This document shows, piece by piece, positions 34,701 to 35,776 of a DNA stretch of 35,776 nt. The translations under genes and the position numbers were made by a program. The first letter of the stretch is position 1. The number at the start of each line of letters is the position of its first letter. The DNA lies in contig DNOQ01000096.1 in the NCBI GenBank assembly GCA_003501665.1, positions 812-36,587 on the forward strand, in the 5' to 3' direction. The notes under the pieces were generated by a model that was not told where the DNA came from, did not search any database, and worked only from the letters and a program-made list of their open reading frames with translations. This stretch comes from Bacteroidales bacterium (GTDB lineage: Bacteria; Bacteroidota; Bacteroidia; Bacteroidales; VadinHA17).

Positions 34701-35715
34701 ATGGGATCCCTATAACCTTCCTATTATTTCAACGACAGCCGGCAATGCCGAATTCATAGATATTATAGAAGGATCAACGATGAAACAAGCACTTGACCGG
34801 GACACAGGCGTAGTAAAGAAAGTCGTAACGGCAATAAAAGACGAAATGATACCCAGAATAAAAGTGGGAGAAAAAGAATATATGCTGCCGATAGGTGCGA
34901 TTATCGGAATTGAGGAAGGCGGCGAGGTGAATATTGGAGATTCGATAGCAAGAATCCCGAAACAGGCAAAAAAGACTTCTGATATCACAGGGGGATTGCC
35001 TAAGGTGCTTCAAATACTGGAAGCAAGATCGTTAGACAACCCTGCAATAATATCAGAAATAAGCGGCGAATTAATAATAAACCCGCCCAAAGGGAAATTC
35101 CTGCTGCTAGACATAGTTGCAGAAAATGGCGATGTGGCAAGCTATAGAATATCCATCGAAAGGCAGCTAAATTTTTTCAACGGGGATTTCGTAAAAGCAG
35201 GAGATATCCTTGCTGACGGAGATATAAGAATCAATGACATACTGAACATTTTTGGACCCGAGAAAGCTGCAGTACAGATAGTAAATGAAGTGCAGAAGGT
35301 ATATTTGAGCCAGGGGGTTTCCATAAATGACAAGCACTTCGAAATCATCGCCAGAAAAATGCTGGGGTTTGTCAGAGTTGTAAATGCAGGAGACACGGAC
35401 CTCGTGGCAGATGATATTGTACCGAGGAATACTTTCTTTGAAAAAAACCACGGAACAAATGGAAGAAAAGCTACAGCCATCCCCATACTGCTTGGCCTTG
35501 CAAAAGCAGCAATAAACTCAGAAAGCTGGCTTAGTGCAGCATCGTTTGAGAGAACAGCGTATGTCCTGGCAAACGCTTCTATAAAGGGAAAAGTTGACAT
35601 CCTGTCAGGGGTCAAAGAAAATGTGATAATTGGGAAAAGGATCCCAGTTGGCACGGGCCATCCATATTTCCAGGAGACACGAATAGTGAGAGAGGAAGAG
35701 GCAATTTCTAAATAA
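31753..35715 (+). CDS. rpoC: DNA-directed RNA polymerase beta' subunit, full length (1320 aa) and divergent
   Basis: The N-terminal zinc ribbon is CICGKF...CEKCDYEV. The catalytic motif is [14 protein letters not shown]. The bridge helix is [27 protein letters not shown] and the trigger loop is [17 protein letters not shown]. The C-terminal segment is [45 protein letters not shown]. Confidence 0.9.
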   Translation: [1320 protein letters not shown]

Positions 35716-35776
35716 AAAATGAAAGTCTCTCTTTAAACTACTTAATCAAAGTCGCACGGGCAGATTCTATCACAAC

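Noticed and set aside
35142-35654. 170-aa minus-strand ORF, together with other antisense ORFs inside rpoC (32724..33014, 33951..34262, 34710..34988)
   Set aside because: All lie antisense within a gene that has unmistakable beta' motifs. They are shadow ORFs.
1-35776. CRISPR arrays, rRNA genes, and IS elements with terminal inverted repeats
   Set aside because: Reading through all intergenic regions, I found no regularly spaced direct repeats other than the 12-bp iterons. I found no rRNA-like sequence, and no transposase or integrase ORF in any frame of the supplied track.

Overview
This 35.8 kb window looks like an accessory or mobile-element region (plasmid, ICE or prophage-like) of a bacterium. 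All calls rest on motif reading of the supplied ORF translations plus my own hand translations; I could not run BLAST, HMM or structure searches.

There are three blocks.

(1) 1-5853, minus strand: a tightly packed phage-like DNA-metabolism module. It holds a RuvC-like resolvase, a 333-aa unknown, a ParE/antitoxin pair, the class II ribonucleotide reductase NrdJ, a dUTPase, a small unknown and a RadC/JAB protein.

(2) about 6.1-26.4 kb: a defence-island-like stretch. It contains:
- a wHTH-HNH-HIT fusion protein;
- a nitroreductase;
- a Type III R-M system in res->mod order, directly followed by a Panacea (DUF4065) antitoxin and a small toxin candidate;
- an orphan mini PD-(D/E)xK nuclease;
- a 1196-aa TPR-CHAT protease with an EACC1-like single-TM partner;
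- a compact three-gene operon (Hanks-type Ser/Thr kinase, minimal UvrD-like SF1 helicase, 458-aa protein with no recognisable motifs);
- a group II intron domain V/VI scar;
- a Ski2/Hel308-like SF2 helicase.

(3) 26.6-35.7 kb:
- a CsgG-family channel gene preceded by four very small ORFs;
- a roughly 1 kb non-coding region with five tandem 12-bp iterons;
- a ParB-like gene;
- a replication-relaxation-like gene;
- a full-length but divergent RNA polymerase beta' (rpoC) gene with no rpoB upstream.

The best candidates for an undescribed system are the kinase-helicase-unknown operon (19.9-23.9 kb) and the adjacent CHAT/EACC1 pair. I found no CRISPR array, rRNA or convincing tRNA.
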